From Heterodontus francisci (lineage: Eukaryota), in the NCBI RefSeq assembly GCF_036365525.1, contig NC_090392.1, positions 74,602,345-74,666,344 on the forward strand: a stretch of 64,000 nt of DNA, given 5' to 3'. The notes under the pieces were generated by a model, which saw only the letters and a program-made list of their open reading frames with translations, was not told where the DNA came from and did not search any database. The position numbers were made by a program, and so were the translations under genes. Below are positions 1-12,700 of this stretch, in pieces (the first letter of the stretch is position 1; each line of letters opens with the position of its first letter).

Positions 1-315
1 AGATAAGGCAGCTTTTCTGTATCAAACATCTAAGAGCTGATTCATCAATAGATCTATTTTTCTTGATTATTGGTTGAAGGAGGAAATATTGGCCAAAAGA
101 ATGAGCTGCTTCCCTCAAATAGTTTTATAGAATTTTCGGAACAAGCAGATGGAACCTTGGTTAATTCTCTCACTCGAAGGACAACACTTCCAATAATAGC
201 AGTCGCTCAGTACTGGCTGGAGTATCAACCCTCTGTCTATACTCAGGTCCTCAAGTGGGGCTTGTACCTATACTTACTTCACTAAGGTCAGCATGCTATC
301 AACTGAGCCAAGCTG
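1..315 (-). mobile_element. Degenerate Deu-domain tRNA-SINE (SacSINE1/AmnSINE1-like) fragment
   Basis: Similar to the better copies at 5040-5446 and 6190-6585 (aatattggcca, gcagatgg, cagtactg, ctcaagtggggcttg). Confidence 0.5.
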
Positions 316-1617
316 ACATAAGAAAACTTAAATTATACATTCAAATCCTGACTTCTCTTCATCACCTTGTTTTTCTACCTCTTTCCTTTAGCTCCTCACA
401 TTTTTCTTTCATTTGTTTCCAACTCACTTTCATTTCTAACTCCTGCAGTGATTATCAATACAGCAGCATGAACTGTCAAAAAAAAAAACTGACTGTGCTT
501 AAAAATAGACTCGTTATAAATATTGCAATATCTCAGGAGTTAAATGTGCTGGTGTATTTCACAAGTGCAAAACTGAAGGTGGCCAAATATAATTTTAAGC
601 ATAATTATAAGGATCAATTTTAGACCAGGGATTTTGCTGACGTTTGCAAATGTGAAGTTACTGCTTCAGTTAAGCATTTATTTGGCCCCTGATCACTACT
701 TCGTATCTTTCATCTTTCTATATTTTAATGCCAGGATAAAACTCTTCTCATATTTCTCCTCATTCCCTGGTTTTCACGAGCTGTACACCAACTGCAGCTG
801 AGAGGGCAAGAGATGACTTAGCCCCAAGTCACGATTAATGCCACATTGAACTTGTTGGTCAGGAGTGTGTTGGAACAGAGGATGGCTTGAAATAGGAAAA
901 CACTTCCCAATTCATCATGTGTACTCCTTTAACATTCCATGCATAACAACCTCAATCAAGGATTTCTCATCTACTGCAGCCCAAGATCTCTATACACGCT
1001 TTCTAAAATCAAAATGAATCAAACAGATCTATTGATATCACTATAACCTTCATTCCTTCTTCTGGATAGGGACTTGGGAATGTGATTTTCTTTTCCTCCA
1101 TGTAGGCAAGAGCCTGGTATGTGTTTGGTCTTTTCTGACAGTGGCGTGATAGAAATAAGAACATTGACACATTTGTATTTTATCGTAATTTCAGTTTTCA
1201 AGTAGTCACAGTTAAAAAAAAATGCATAACACATTTAAGTCTCTCAGGAACATTAGAAAGCACTTTCCATACAGTGCATTACTTTGAAGAATGTGTTTCC
1301 AAAGGCCTTCCCTTATAGATGGAATTAAGTTGAATGGAGGAGAGAAGCTGTAGCTGGACAGTTAATACAGTCAGCAAAGATAGAGACGATCCATCAGGTA
1401 TTACAGCCTGATTGGATTAGAATAGACAGTTTTTCCAGAATGTTTAGTGTTGAGGGTAATCTAGATGTATGAAATCTCCCTCAGGTGTTCTTTATTTTTT
1501 TATTCTCCATTAAATTACTTTCACCCACAAGTTGGTGGATCTGCTAATGCCACTCTTGAACCGGTTGCTGGAGGAAATAGCATGCGCCTCATGTTCCTTC
1601 CCTCTCTGTCACTTATA

Positions 1618-2313
1618 GGCTAGAATTTTCCGCCAACCCGACAAGTGGGATGGTGGCGTAAAATGGAGCGGGAGTCACCGGGAGACTTTCCCAACCCACT
1701 CCCGCCTCCACTTTACACAGGGCGGCGGTGGCGAAAAACAGCCCGCCCGCCCCATGCCAATCAAGGCCCTTAAGTGGCCACTTAACTCTAACCCTAACCC
1801 ACCTCCACGCAGATTTTACGCGTGGCAAGCGGGCATCCTGGAGCCGGGAGAAGCACCTAACAAAAGCAGGCGGCTTCCGAGCATCACAGGGTGACCCTCA
1901 TGGTCAAGCACCCAGTGCCCGATGGAAGACCGCCACCCCCCCCCCCCCCCCGTCCCCCCAATCGACCACCCTTGCCTCGCTGGGGCCCGCCGGATTACCC
2001 CCGGCGAGGCAACCAAAACTTACCTTCCCTCCCAGATCCGAGGCATTTTGTCTTCATGCTGGGCTGCAGTCCCAGCAGTGGCCACCGCTCCCAATGGCGC
2101 TGCTGGGATTCAGAGCTGCCAGCCCGCTGATTGGCTGGCAGCTCTATTAGGCGGGACTTCCTACCTCAAGCAGGTGGAAGTCCCGCCTCACACCAACTGA
2201 AGCCTGGGGACCCGCCAAACACAGGTTGGATCCCCAGGCGAGGCAGAAGCGGGTTCACCACCGACGTTTCAGTCAGTGGCCGGCTCCCGTCCGCCTACTG
2301 TAAAATTCTAGCC
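1618..2313. mobile_element. PIF/Harbinger-type non-autonomous element (MITE)
   Basis: 12-bp TIRs GGCTAGAATTTT (1618) and AAAATTCTAGCC (ends 2313); 3-bp TSD ATA on both sides; GC-rich body homologous to 56960-57693. Confidence 0.8.
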
Positions 2314-2524
2314 ATAGTCTTGCTCAATGGCAAAATGCAGAAATAATATGGTAGCAAGTCAACTAATCCAGAAACATACAGAATACAGAATCCCTGAGAT
2401 GCTACTTGTAGTGCTGATATGTCTGGCCCAGATGGACAGAAATACAATGAGCTTGCGAATCTCCTTGCAATCCTTTGAGTTCCCTAAGATCCACAGAACT
2501 CAGTTTGAAATCCGAAGAAAGAAA

Positions 2525-2830
2525 GATGTAGCATTTATATACCACCTTTAGCACCTTTCACGACCTGAGGATATCCAAAGCACTGTGCAGTCAATGAAGT
2601 TACTTTTGAAGTGTAGTTAATGTTGTAAGTTGGAAACATGGCAGCTAATCTGCACGTAGCAAATTCCTACTAAGAGTAATTAAATAAATGACCAAGTCAT
2701 GTATTTTTTTGGTGTTGGTTGACAGATATATATTGGCCAGGACTCTGGGAGAAATCCCCTGCTCTTCTTTGAATGATACTGTGGGATCTGAGAGAGCAGA
2801 CTGGTCCTCAGTTTAACGTCTCATCTGAAA
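2525..2830 (-). mobile_element. Deu-domain SINE fragment
   Basis: gcatttatat...ccaaagcact...caatgaagttacttttgaagtgtag...gctcttctttgaat signature, repeated across the window. Confidence 0.7.
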
Positions 2831-4274
2831 TAAAGTAGCCATTTTGCAAACAGCAAGATCCCACAAACAACGATGAGATAAATCACAGTTTCCTCTATTT
2901 TTGGTGGTATTGGAAGAATACTGATCAAGTCACAAGGAGGAGGCTCTGCTTTCTTTTAACAGATTACTTAAAATCTATCTGAACTATCCAAACAGCACAC
3001 AGGGCCACGGTTTTTTATTATTTATTTTCAATCTACCTAGTGCATCAGGGCAGATTAGAGTTAACAAAATTTTAATAAATTATCTCTTTTGACGATACCT
3101 TAATCATCTTTTATTTATGGAGATGCAAGAGACAGATGGGATGTGGGATCTTTCATTTGTTCTGTGGGTCATGTTGCCTTGTTTAAAGAAGCACGGTAAT
3201 CAATAAATCAGCTTCATTTGTTAGCTGGTTAATGAGAGAAGTGGGTGGTAATTTCACTAACACATGGGGTCTCATGGCCTATATACAGAGAGCAGCTGAG
3301 CAACCTTTTCTTTTCCCATAAGGGCTTCTAAGTGGTGGGGCCCCATCAGCCTACTGAATTTCAACACCACTTTTTCTTTCAATGGAACGTTTATTACAGT
3401 GCACAGTAAATATTATAAGTAATGCACACAAGGAAGAAAATGCAATTTATTCACGCACTTTATGTGAATCTATTTTTTTCCCAGCCCGTGCTGAGTTCCG
3501 GGTCCTTGTTCTGGATGCAGTAACAGCATTGCAACTGGCCTCGGTGCCCCTGGATTCAGAAAGGCGAATTTTTTTTTTTAAACTTTCCATGATTCTGGCT
3601 CTTATTCCTTTTACCAATCCAATGTCCACTCAGGGAAAGGTTATGAGTGTATGTTTCTGTCTGCTGGTTTGTGGATGTTGGGTCACGATGGAATCAGGCT
3701 TGGTGATCATTCCCTTATGGTTAGATAGCTGAGAGACTAACAGTCTAGGCTCGCACAGAAAGAACAGCCATACAGGCAAAATACTGGATGACAGATGGTG
3801 CATGTGAAAAATGTATCTCAGTGTTAGACAGCACCTTAATGCGTGCAGGGAACAAAACTAAAAGGAAAAACAGTAGCAACAATATTATTATACGTGTAAA
3901 AAGTCATGATTTTATCACATTTATAGCTTTGCTACTGACATATCTTACTGCTTGTAAATCAGTGCACACAGACATTTCCTCTATTAAAGTATCCAATTCA
4001 GTATTAATGGTGCATATGAAAAAAATATTGATGCTTGAAAGTTCTAGGCTCAGGAGAGTGGGGAATAATTCACTAATTCATTGACCATACCTCAAAATTA
4101 AACACCACTAACACATTGCATTAGATATAAGTGGAAGCAAGTTCTGAATTGCCAGAACACCATGTCAAAGCAGAAAGGGCATGTAATGACCTCTAGTCTG
4201 TGATGGCCACAGAAGATCCGATAATGTGTCTTGAACATAAAAAAGCATACTTTAAGCAGCTGTAAAAAAAAGAT

Positions 4275-4599
4275 GGGCGGCACAGTGGCGCAGTGGCAAG
4301 CACAGCAGCCTCACAGCTCCAGCAACCTGGGTTCAATTCTGGGTACTGCCTGCGTGGAGTTTGCAAGTTCTCCCTGTGACTGTGTGGGTTTTCGCTGGGT
4401 GCTCTGGTTTCCTCCCACAGCCAAAGACTTGCAGGTTGATAGATAAATTGGCCATTATAAATTGTCCCTAGTATAGGCGTGGGGATGTGTAGGAATATGG
4501 GATTAATGTAGGATTAGTATAAATGGGTGGTTGATGGTCAGCAGACTTGGTGGGCCAAAGGGCCTGTTTCAGTGCTGTATCTCTAAATATAAAAAATAA
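4275..4599 (+). mobile_element. HE1-like tRNA-derived SINE (V-SINE) with CR1-type tail
   Basis: Head GGCGGCACAGTGGCGCAGTGG, B-box-like GGGTTCAATTC, core ggtttcctcccacagccaaagac, tail gggcctgtttcagtgctgtatctctaaa. Confidence 0.85.
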
Positions 4600-5039
4600 G
4601 ATGGACTTTGAGGCAACTTTTTAAAAGTGGGGAATGAATTAGAAGTGGAGGGGTTTAGAAAGGGTCTTCCAAAAAGCAGGGTCAAAATGGCAGAGGACCC
4701 TGCTGTTCATAGTGGCAGAGTTAGAGGACTGAAAGGCCATGATGGGAACATGAGGGTGAAGCCATGGAGGATTTGTAAATGAGGGCGAGTATTTCAAGCT
4801 TGATGAATTGGGGGACAGGAAGAAAATGGAGGTTGTCAAGAATAGAAGTGATGGCCTGGATGGACCAGAGGGTCTCTTCCTGTCTGTTAACATTCCAAAG
4901 TGAAACTTAATCCAGGACAACATGCATGGGGGCAGAGTTTTGGACCAGTTGGAGTTGGTAAAAGTTAGAGCTCGGAGGGTTTAAGAGGGGTGCATTGGAG
5001 AAGTCTAGTCAAAGTGTTATAACAGCGATGAAAGCAAGA

Positions 5040-5446
5040 AGACAACTTGCATTTATATAGCACTTTTTATGACCTCAGGACATCCCAAAGCACTTTACAG
5101 TCAATGAAGTCCTCTTAAGTGAAGTGTAGTTACATTGTAATGTAGGAATGCAGCAGCCAATTCGTGCACAGAAAGCTCCCGCAAACAAGCAACGTGATGA
5201 TGACCAGACTTTTTTTAAGGGATGAATATTGGCCAGGACACTGGGCATAACTCCCCTGCTCTTCTTCAAAGTGGTACCATGGCATCTTTTATGTCCACCC
5301 GAGAGAGCAGATGGGGCTTCAGTGTAACGTCTCATCAAAAAGACAGCACCTCTGACAGTGCAGTGCTTCCTCAGTACTGCGCTGGAGTGTCAGTCTAGAT
5401 CTTTGTGCTTAAAGTCTCTGGAGTGGGACTTGAACCCACAACCTTT
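5040..5446 (-). mobile_element. Deu-domain tRNA-SINE (SacSINE1/AmnSINE1-like)
   Basis: aacttgcatttatatagcac...catcccaaagcactttaca...gacagcacctctgacagtgcag...gggacttgaacccaca. Confidence 0.8.
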
Positions 5447-6189
5447 GTAAATTAAAAAGAGTGCCAGTAACTGCACCACAGCTGATTATCTAAATGGCCA
5501 CTTAAGCAAGGTACTGGAGGAATTCTAATGCTGGTGGAGCTGTGTCCAATATGAATCACCCCCATCAGGAGATGAAGGGAGAAAATTGTTGGAACTGGAG
5601 AGATTCTGGACGTCACCGGTATTGTACAAACTGAACAGATCAAAAATAATTTAATTGAACAGGTCCATTTACCAATCTAGCTATGCTGAAATGAGTTTAT
5701 GGTCAACAGGGATTAAAGAACAAAGGCAAAGAGCAGTGGGGTTTCTTCAGTATATTCTCAACAGCAAAGGAAGCTGTGAGAAGGAGAAGGATAACTAGCT
5801 GGAGTACAAAATAAACAAAGCTGTGGCACTAATTGCAGAATCTAAACATTGCAACAAAACATTCCGTAAGCTCCAAAGAAATATGATTTTGATTTTTACC
5901 AGCAATTCTAATCAAAACCGAATTAGCTGAAAGCCTCAATACTGTTGGGATAAATGCTATTGAGCTGTGATACTGTGGTGAGTCAGTGTGTCCGTGCCCT
6001 ATTGCTAAGAGGGGGCTGATATCAGTTGGTGCCCGACTGTCCAAGTGCTGCATCGCCACTCCATGGAGAGGGGGATGACAGTCCGGAACCAAATCTTCCA
6101 ACCACACAGTAACATGGGCAGGTGTTTGCAGAAGTGGACACTGCCCATTCTCTTGGCCATCACCAGATTGCCAGTCTTTGAGTGAAAAG

Positions 6190-6585
6190 AGACTTGCATT
6201 TATATAGCACCCTTCAGAACCTCAGGACATCCCAAAGCACATAACAGTCATACCTTTGACGTGTGGTCACTGTTGTAATGTAGGAAACAAGGAAACCAAT
6301 TTGAGCACAACAAGCTCCCACAAACAGCAATGTGATAATGACCACAACATCTGTTTGTGTCATATTGGTTGAGGGATAAATATTGGACAGGACACCAGGG
6401 ATAACTCCCCTGCTCTTCGAAATAGCACCAGGGGATCTTTTATGTCCACCAGGCAGGGCATCAGTTTAATGTCACATCAGAAAGACCGTACAGCACTCCC
6501 TCAGTACTGCACTGATCAGGTCTCGGAAGTGGAGCTGAACTCACAACCTTCTGACTCAGAGGTGAGAATGCTACCCACTGAGGCA
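6190..6585 (-). mobile_element. Deu-domain tRNA-SINE
   Basis: Colinear with 5040-5446. Confidence 0.8.
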
Positions 6586-7276
6586 GGGCTGGCAATATAT
6601 ATAGAAAAGACTGTCCAGAAATTTCTAAATACAAAGCAAAGCCAGACATCTCTTTAAAAAAAAAGGATTAAGTTCATCAAACTCAATATGATTTTCATCA
6701 GCAAAATGAACATAACCACAGCTTTTGCCTCAACATCTCACACTTCACACACCCCCTGCGCCCCTTCCCTTACACTCTGGACCTGCTTCTGGGTAAAAGG
6801 CAATGGGAGGAAGAGAAAGAAAAATACATTCAAAATGGAACAAAACACAGAGGATATAAAATGAGATTTACTGATGTTCTGAAGAGGAGGGATTTGGTCG
6901 AAGGCAGCTGGAAATGACAATAATTAATCAATGCATGTGTTTGAAGAACACAGCGTTGTATGTGGGTCGAAGTTGACTTTAATTGCGTTACGATGCGCTC
7001 ACTGAAACAATTGCTGATATGAGCTCTGTCTACGTTCCTCCATCTGCAGTTTCGGAATTCGCTGCAGACTCCGAGGTTACTCTCGGTCAAAAAACTCTGA
7101 GGTTACTCTCGGTCACAAGCCATTAATGGTCTGCAACCTGAAATCCCCAGCGGAAAGCGGCTCAATAAATAGGCGTTTGGGTGGGAAAGAAGGAACAGTA
7201 AATGCAATAATAAAATGTAATTAAAGTATTACTTTCTTCTTTTAAATCTATGCAATCAGCACAATAAGGGATTGAT

Positions 7277-7306
7277 TATATATATATATATATACACACA
7301 CACACA
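7277..7306. repeat. (TA)n(CA)n compound microsatellite
   Basis: tatatatatatatatatacacacacacaca read directly. Confidence 0.9.
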
Positions 7307-8114
7307 AACATGTTAAATATTGGAGAGTAATTCAACTGGAACACAACAAATAGATCTATTTGGCATAGATTATCTCAATGTTTATATGCATTGCATGTTA
7401 TAAACACTTAATTCCCATTATAAACCATTTAAATGAAGGTTAATACATACATGTTATTCGAATACATTTGCGATTTTTGGGGAAAAAATGCAACATTCAA
7501 ATCAGACGACCTCACCGGCCTCTGCAGCTAAAATGCACAACAAGATAACAATATACTGCACCTTTCTGTTCGGTGATAAAGCAGAGATGAAACAAGACGA
7601 TGCCATGTAGCTTACTCTACTCTACAGACAGATCCCCGAGCTCTTGTACTTCTGCTTCTGTCGCTTTGGTTTTGCGATACAAAGGGTTTTTTTTTTAAAT
7701 CACCCACGAAATCTTTGCTTTTAATTTCCCAGAGTTTTGATACAAGCATCACACGCGTACTGATGTTTCTTAATTGAGCTTTCAAGAACGCGATTTGCAG
7801 TCCCCTCTTGCACAACAAGCAACGCGCGCGTCTTCCCTTCGTGTCTCTTTGCAGGTGTAACCCAGCTGTACCGTTCCTCCAGTTGTCTTCCTTCTTCCAC
7901 TGCAAGGCGTTGACTTGTGCTGAGAACAATTGCACAGCCCCCTGGTACTTCACGGCTATTTGACTGCAGATTGCATCACGTTCAAGCCTGTCCCTCACCT
8001 CATATCTCCACCTGCATACTTTCCAGAGGCAGTTATATAGAGCTCACAATGGCCTCCAGAATATACAGCACATGCGGATATGGTAGCCAATGGCCATGGA
8101 CTGGGCCAGTAATC

Positions 8115-9597
8115 TTGCTTCCAATTTCCACCCTTCTCTCACCTTTACATGGTCCATCTCTGACACTTCCCTTCCCTTCCTCGACTTCTCTGTCTCCATC
8201 TCTGGGGATAGCTTGTCTACCAATATCCATTATAAGCGCACTGACTCTCACAGCTACCTCGACTACACTTCTTCACACCCTACCTCCTGTAAGGACTCCA
8301 TTCCATTCTCCCAGTTTCTCCGTCTCCGACGCATCTGCTCTGATGATGCTACCTTCCATGACGGTGCTTCTGATATGACCTCCTTTTTCCTCAACCGAGG
8401 ATTTCCCCCCACTGTGGTTGACAGGGCCCTCAACCGTGTCCAACCCATTCCCCGCACCTCTACCCTCACCCCTTCCCCTCCCTCCCAGAACCGTGACAGG
8501 GTTCCCCTTGTCCTCACTTTTCATCCCACCAGCCTCCATATCCAAAGGATCATCCTCCGCCATTTTCGCAACCTCCAGCGTGATACCACTACCAGTCGCA
8601 TCTTCCCCTCCCTTCCCCTGTCAGCATTCCGAAGGGATCGTTCCCTCCGCGACACCCTGGTCCACTACTCCATTACCCCCACCACCTTGTCCCCGTCCCA
8701 GGGCACCTTCCCCTGCAATCACAGGAGGTGTAATACCTGCCCATTTACCTCCTCTCTCCTCACTATCCCAGGCCCCAAACACTCCTTTCAGGTGAAGCAG
8801 CGATTTACTTGCACTTCTTTCAATGTAGTATACTGTATTCGCTGCTCACAGTGTGGTCTCCTCTACATTGGGGAGACCAAGCGCAGACTGGGTGACCGCT
8901 TTGCGGAACATTTCCGCTCAGTCCGCAAGCAGGACCCTGAGCTTCCGGTTGCTTGCCATTTCAACACTCCCCCCTGCTCTCATGCTCACATCTCTGTCCT
9001 GGGATTGCTGCAGTGTTCCAGTGAACATCAACGCAAGCTCGAGGAACAGCATCTCATCTACCGATTAGGCACACTACAGCCTGCTGGACTGAACATTGAG
9101 TTCAATAATTTCAGAGCATGACAGCCCCCCATTTTACTTTCATTTTTAGTTATTTTTTCTTCCTTTTTTTTTACATTGCTTTTTACATTTTTTACAATCT
9201 TTTTTTGCATTTATTTCATTTCATCTTAGTTTGTTCAGTTTGCTTACCCACTGTTTTTTTCAGGTTGTTTTTCTTCAGGTTTGCACTTGCTGCTGTTCAA
9301 TATTCAGTGTATTCACACCTAATCTGTACTAATGCTTTGTCTTTCAACACACCATTAACATATTGTTTGCCTTTGCTCCGTGACCTTTTGGTCAGCTATG
9401 TGGCCTGGTCCAATCTGCACCTTCTCCTTTGTTATCTCTTGCCCCCCCCCCACCTCACTTGTTTATAATCTGTGACTTTTCTAATATTTGTCAGTTCCGA
9501 AGAAGGGTCACTGACCCGAAACGTTAACTCTGCTTCTCTTTCCACAGATGCTGCCAGACCTGCTGAGTGATTCCAGCATTTCTTGTTTTTGTTTCAG
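8115..9597 (+). mobile_element. 5'-truncated Penelope-like retroelement (RT C-terminus, GIY-YIG endonuclease, 3' tail)
   Basis: ORF 8090-9121 has PFLDFSV/IHYKRTDSHSYL (RT), C-x3-C-x2-C and VVYCIRC...YIGETKRRLGDRFAEH...GLN (GIY-YIG). Homology to 31320+ begins at about 8115. Confidence 0.9.
9492..9529 (+). ncRNA. Minimal type I hammerhead ribozyme motif in PLE tail (core variant CCGAAGA)
   Basis: cAGTT-CCGAAGA-aGGGTC act GACCC-GAAAC-GTT-AACT: stem I AGTT/AACT, stem II GGGTC/GACCC, palindromic ACGT. Confidence 0.6.
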
Positions 9598-9663
9598 TAA
9601 TCTGGTAGACCTGACTTTGTTAATCCAGAGAATGTGAGTTCAAATCCCACCATAGTACTTTCA

Positions 9664-9745
9664 GAAATAAAAACAAGAAATGCTGGAACCACTCAGCAGG
9701 TTTGGCAACATCAGTGAAAAGAGAAGCAGAGTTAACATTTCGGTT
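9664..9745 (-). repeat. Inverted partial copy of PLE 3' tail
   Basis: gaaataaaaacaagaaatgctggaaccactcagcagg...gcagagttaacatttcgg is the reverse complement of about 9515-9596. Confidence 0.8.
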
Positions 9746-9789
9746 CAGTTTGTATGTTTGGTATTTGTAAACGTGACGATGAAACTGTT

Positions 9790-12700
9790 AGAAGATTTAT
9801 AGGTTCCCTTTTATGTTAACTGTCATTCTATTTTCATACTCTCCCTTTTGCAGTCTTATTTTCCTCTTCACATCCCCTCTCAACTTACTGTATTTGTCCT
9901 GGTTCTCATTTGAAGAATTCACCTGACATGCATCATACACCCTCTTTTTTTTGTTTCATCATATTCTCTATCTCCGCCATCATCCAAGGAGCCCCGGCTT
10001 TGGTTTCCTTACCTTTTGCCCTTGTTGGAATGTACCTAGCCAATACTTGACATATCTCCTTAAAGAGCATCCGTTGTTCTGTTACAATTTTTCCTGTCAA
10101 TCTTTGGTTCCATTTTACCCTGACTGGATCACCTCTCATCCTATTAAAGTTAGTCGTCTTCCAATTTAGAAGTTCTACTTTAGATCGTTCCTTGCTTTTC
10201 TCCATGACTAATCTTAACCTTATGATCACTCTAATCCAAGTGTTCTCCCACAGACTGTTGGTCCACTTGGCCCACCTCACCCCCAGCACCAGATCCAACG
10301 ATGCCTTCTTCCGGGTTGGCCTGAGAATATACTAGTAAAGGAAGTTCTCCTGAACACATTGCAGAAAATTGTCCCCCTCCTTGTCCTTTACTCTAACATT
10401 ATCCCAATCAATATTTGGGTAATTAAGTTCCCCCAATATGGTGACTCCATAGTTCTTGCCTATCTCTTTATTTGTTTCATGGGATATGGGCGTCGCTGGC
10501 TAGGCCAGCATTTATTGCCCATCCCTAATTGTCCATGAGAAGGTGGTGGCGAGCTTCCTGCTTGAACTACTGCAGTCCATGTGAGGTAGGTACACCCACA
10601 ATGCTGTTAGGAAGGGAGTTCCAGGATTTTGACTGGTGACAGTGAAGGAACAGCGATATAGTTCCAAGTCAGGATGGTGTGTGACTTGGAGGGGAACTTG
10701 CAGGTGGTGGTGTTCCCATAGATTTGCTGCCCTTGTCCTTCTAGGTGGCAGAGGTCGTGGGTTTGGAAGGTGCTGCCTGAGTAGCCTTGGTGCATTGCTG
10801 CAGTGCATCTTGTAGATGGTACACACTGCTACCACTGTGCGTCGGTGGTGGAGGGAGTGAAAGCTTGTGGATGGCATGCCAATCAAGCGGACTGTTTTAT
10901 CCTGGTTGCTGTCGAGCTTCTTGAGTGTTGTTAGAGCTGCACCCATCCAGGCATGTGGAGAGTATTCCATCACACTCCTGACTTGTGCCTTGTAGATGGT
11001 GGACAGGCTTTGGGAAATCAGGAGGTGAGTTACTCCCTGCAGGATTCCTAGCTTCTGACCTGCTCTTGTAGCCACGCTATTTATATGGCTACTGCAGTTC
11101 AGTTTCTGGTCAATGGTAACCCCTAGGACGTGGATAGTGGGGGATTCTGCAATTGTAATGCCATTGAATGTCAAGGGGAGATTGGTTAGATTCTCTCTTG
11201 TTGGAGATGGTCATGCCTGGCATGAATGTAACTTGCCATTTATCAGCCCAAGCCTGGATATTGTCCAAGTCTTGCTGCATTTCTTTACAGACTGCTTCAG
11301 TATCTGAGGAGTCGCAAATGGTGCTGAACATTGTGCAATCATCAGCGAACATCCCCACTTTTGACCTTATGATTGAAGGAAGATCATTGATGAAGCAGCT
11401 GAAGATGGTTGGGCCTAGGACACTACCCTGAGGAACTCCTGCAGTGATGTCCTGGAGCTCAGATGATTGACCTCCAACAACCACAACCATCTTCCTTTGT
11501 GCTAGGTATGACTCCAGCCAGCGGAGGGTTTTCCCCCTGATTCCCATTGACCTCAGTTTTGCTAGGGCTCCTTGATGCCATACTCGGTCAAATTCTGCCT
11601 TGATGTCAAGGGCAGTCACTCTCACCTCACCTTTGAGTTCAGCTCCTTTGTCCATGTTTGAACCAAGGCTGTAATGAGATTAGGAACCCAAACTGACTGT
11701 CAGTGAGCAGGTTATTGCTTCGCAAGTGCCGCTTGATAGCACTGTCGATGACACCTTCCATCACTTTACTGATGATTGAGAGTAGACTGATGTGGCTGTA
11801 ATTGGCCGGTTTGGATTTGTCCTGCTTTTTGTGTACAGGACATACCTAGGCAATTTTCCACATTGCCAGGTAGATGTCAGTGTTGTAGCTGTACTGGAAC
11901 AGCTTGGCTAGGGGTGCGGCAAGTTCTGGAGCACAGGTCTTCAGTACTATTGCCGGAATGTTGTCAGTGTCCATAGCCTTTGCAGTATCCAATGCCTTCA
12001 GTTGTTTCTTGATATCACGTGGAGTGAATCGAATTGGCTGAAGTCTGGCATCTGTGTTGCTGGGGACTTCAGGAGGAGGCCAAGGTGGATCACCCACTTG
12101 GCACTTCTGGCTGAAGATTGTTGCAAATGCTTCAGCCTTGTCTCTTGCACTGGGCTCCCTCATCATTGAGGATGGGAATATTTGTGGAGCCACCTCCTCC
12201 TTGCTAGTTGTTTAATTGTCCACCATCATTCACGAATGGACTACAGGAGCTTAGATCTGATCCATTGGTTATGGGATCGCCTAGCTCTGCCTATCACAGG
12301 CTACTTACGCTGTTTGGCATGCAAGTAGTCCTGGGTTGTAGCTTCACCAGGTTGACACCTCATTTTGAGGAATGCCTGGTGCTGCTCCTGGCATGCCCTC
12401 CTGCACTCTTCATTGAACCAGGGTTGATCCCCTAGCTTGATGTTAATGGTAGAGTTGGGGTTATGCCGGGCCATGAGGTTACAGATTGTGGTTGAGTACA
12501 ATTCTGCTGCTGCTGATGGCCCACAGCACCTCATGGATGCCCAGTTTTGCATTGCTAAATTTGTACAAAATCTATCCCATTTAGCACGGTGACAGTGCCA
12601 CACAACACGATGGAGGGTATCCTCAATGTGAAGGCGGGACTTTGTCTCCACAAGGACTGTGCGGTGATCACTCCTACCAATACTGTCATGGACAGATGCA

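Noticed and set aside
300-1140. Possible minus-strand coding exons (acceptors near 473 and 1135)
   Set aside because: The frames I translated hit stops quickly and gave no recognisable protein.
1613-2346. Pro/Arg-rich ORFs, also at 37075-37564 and 56938-57729
   Set aside because: Incidental frames in GC-rich MITEs.
3382-3732. 116-aa ORF with an acceptor-like site at 3484
   Set aside because: No recognisable homology, no partner exons, and a poly-T run inside.
4275-4345. tRNA gene
   Set aside because: It is the tRNA-derived head of a multi-copy SINE, with no full cloverleaf or terminator.
8090-9121. 343-aa ORF as a domesticated GIY-YIG gene
   Set aside because: It is a 5'-truncated PLE whose ATG comes from flanking DNA, and decayed paralogs occur in the window.
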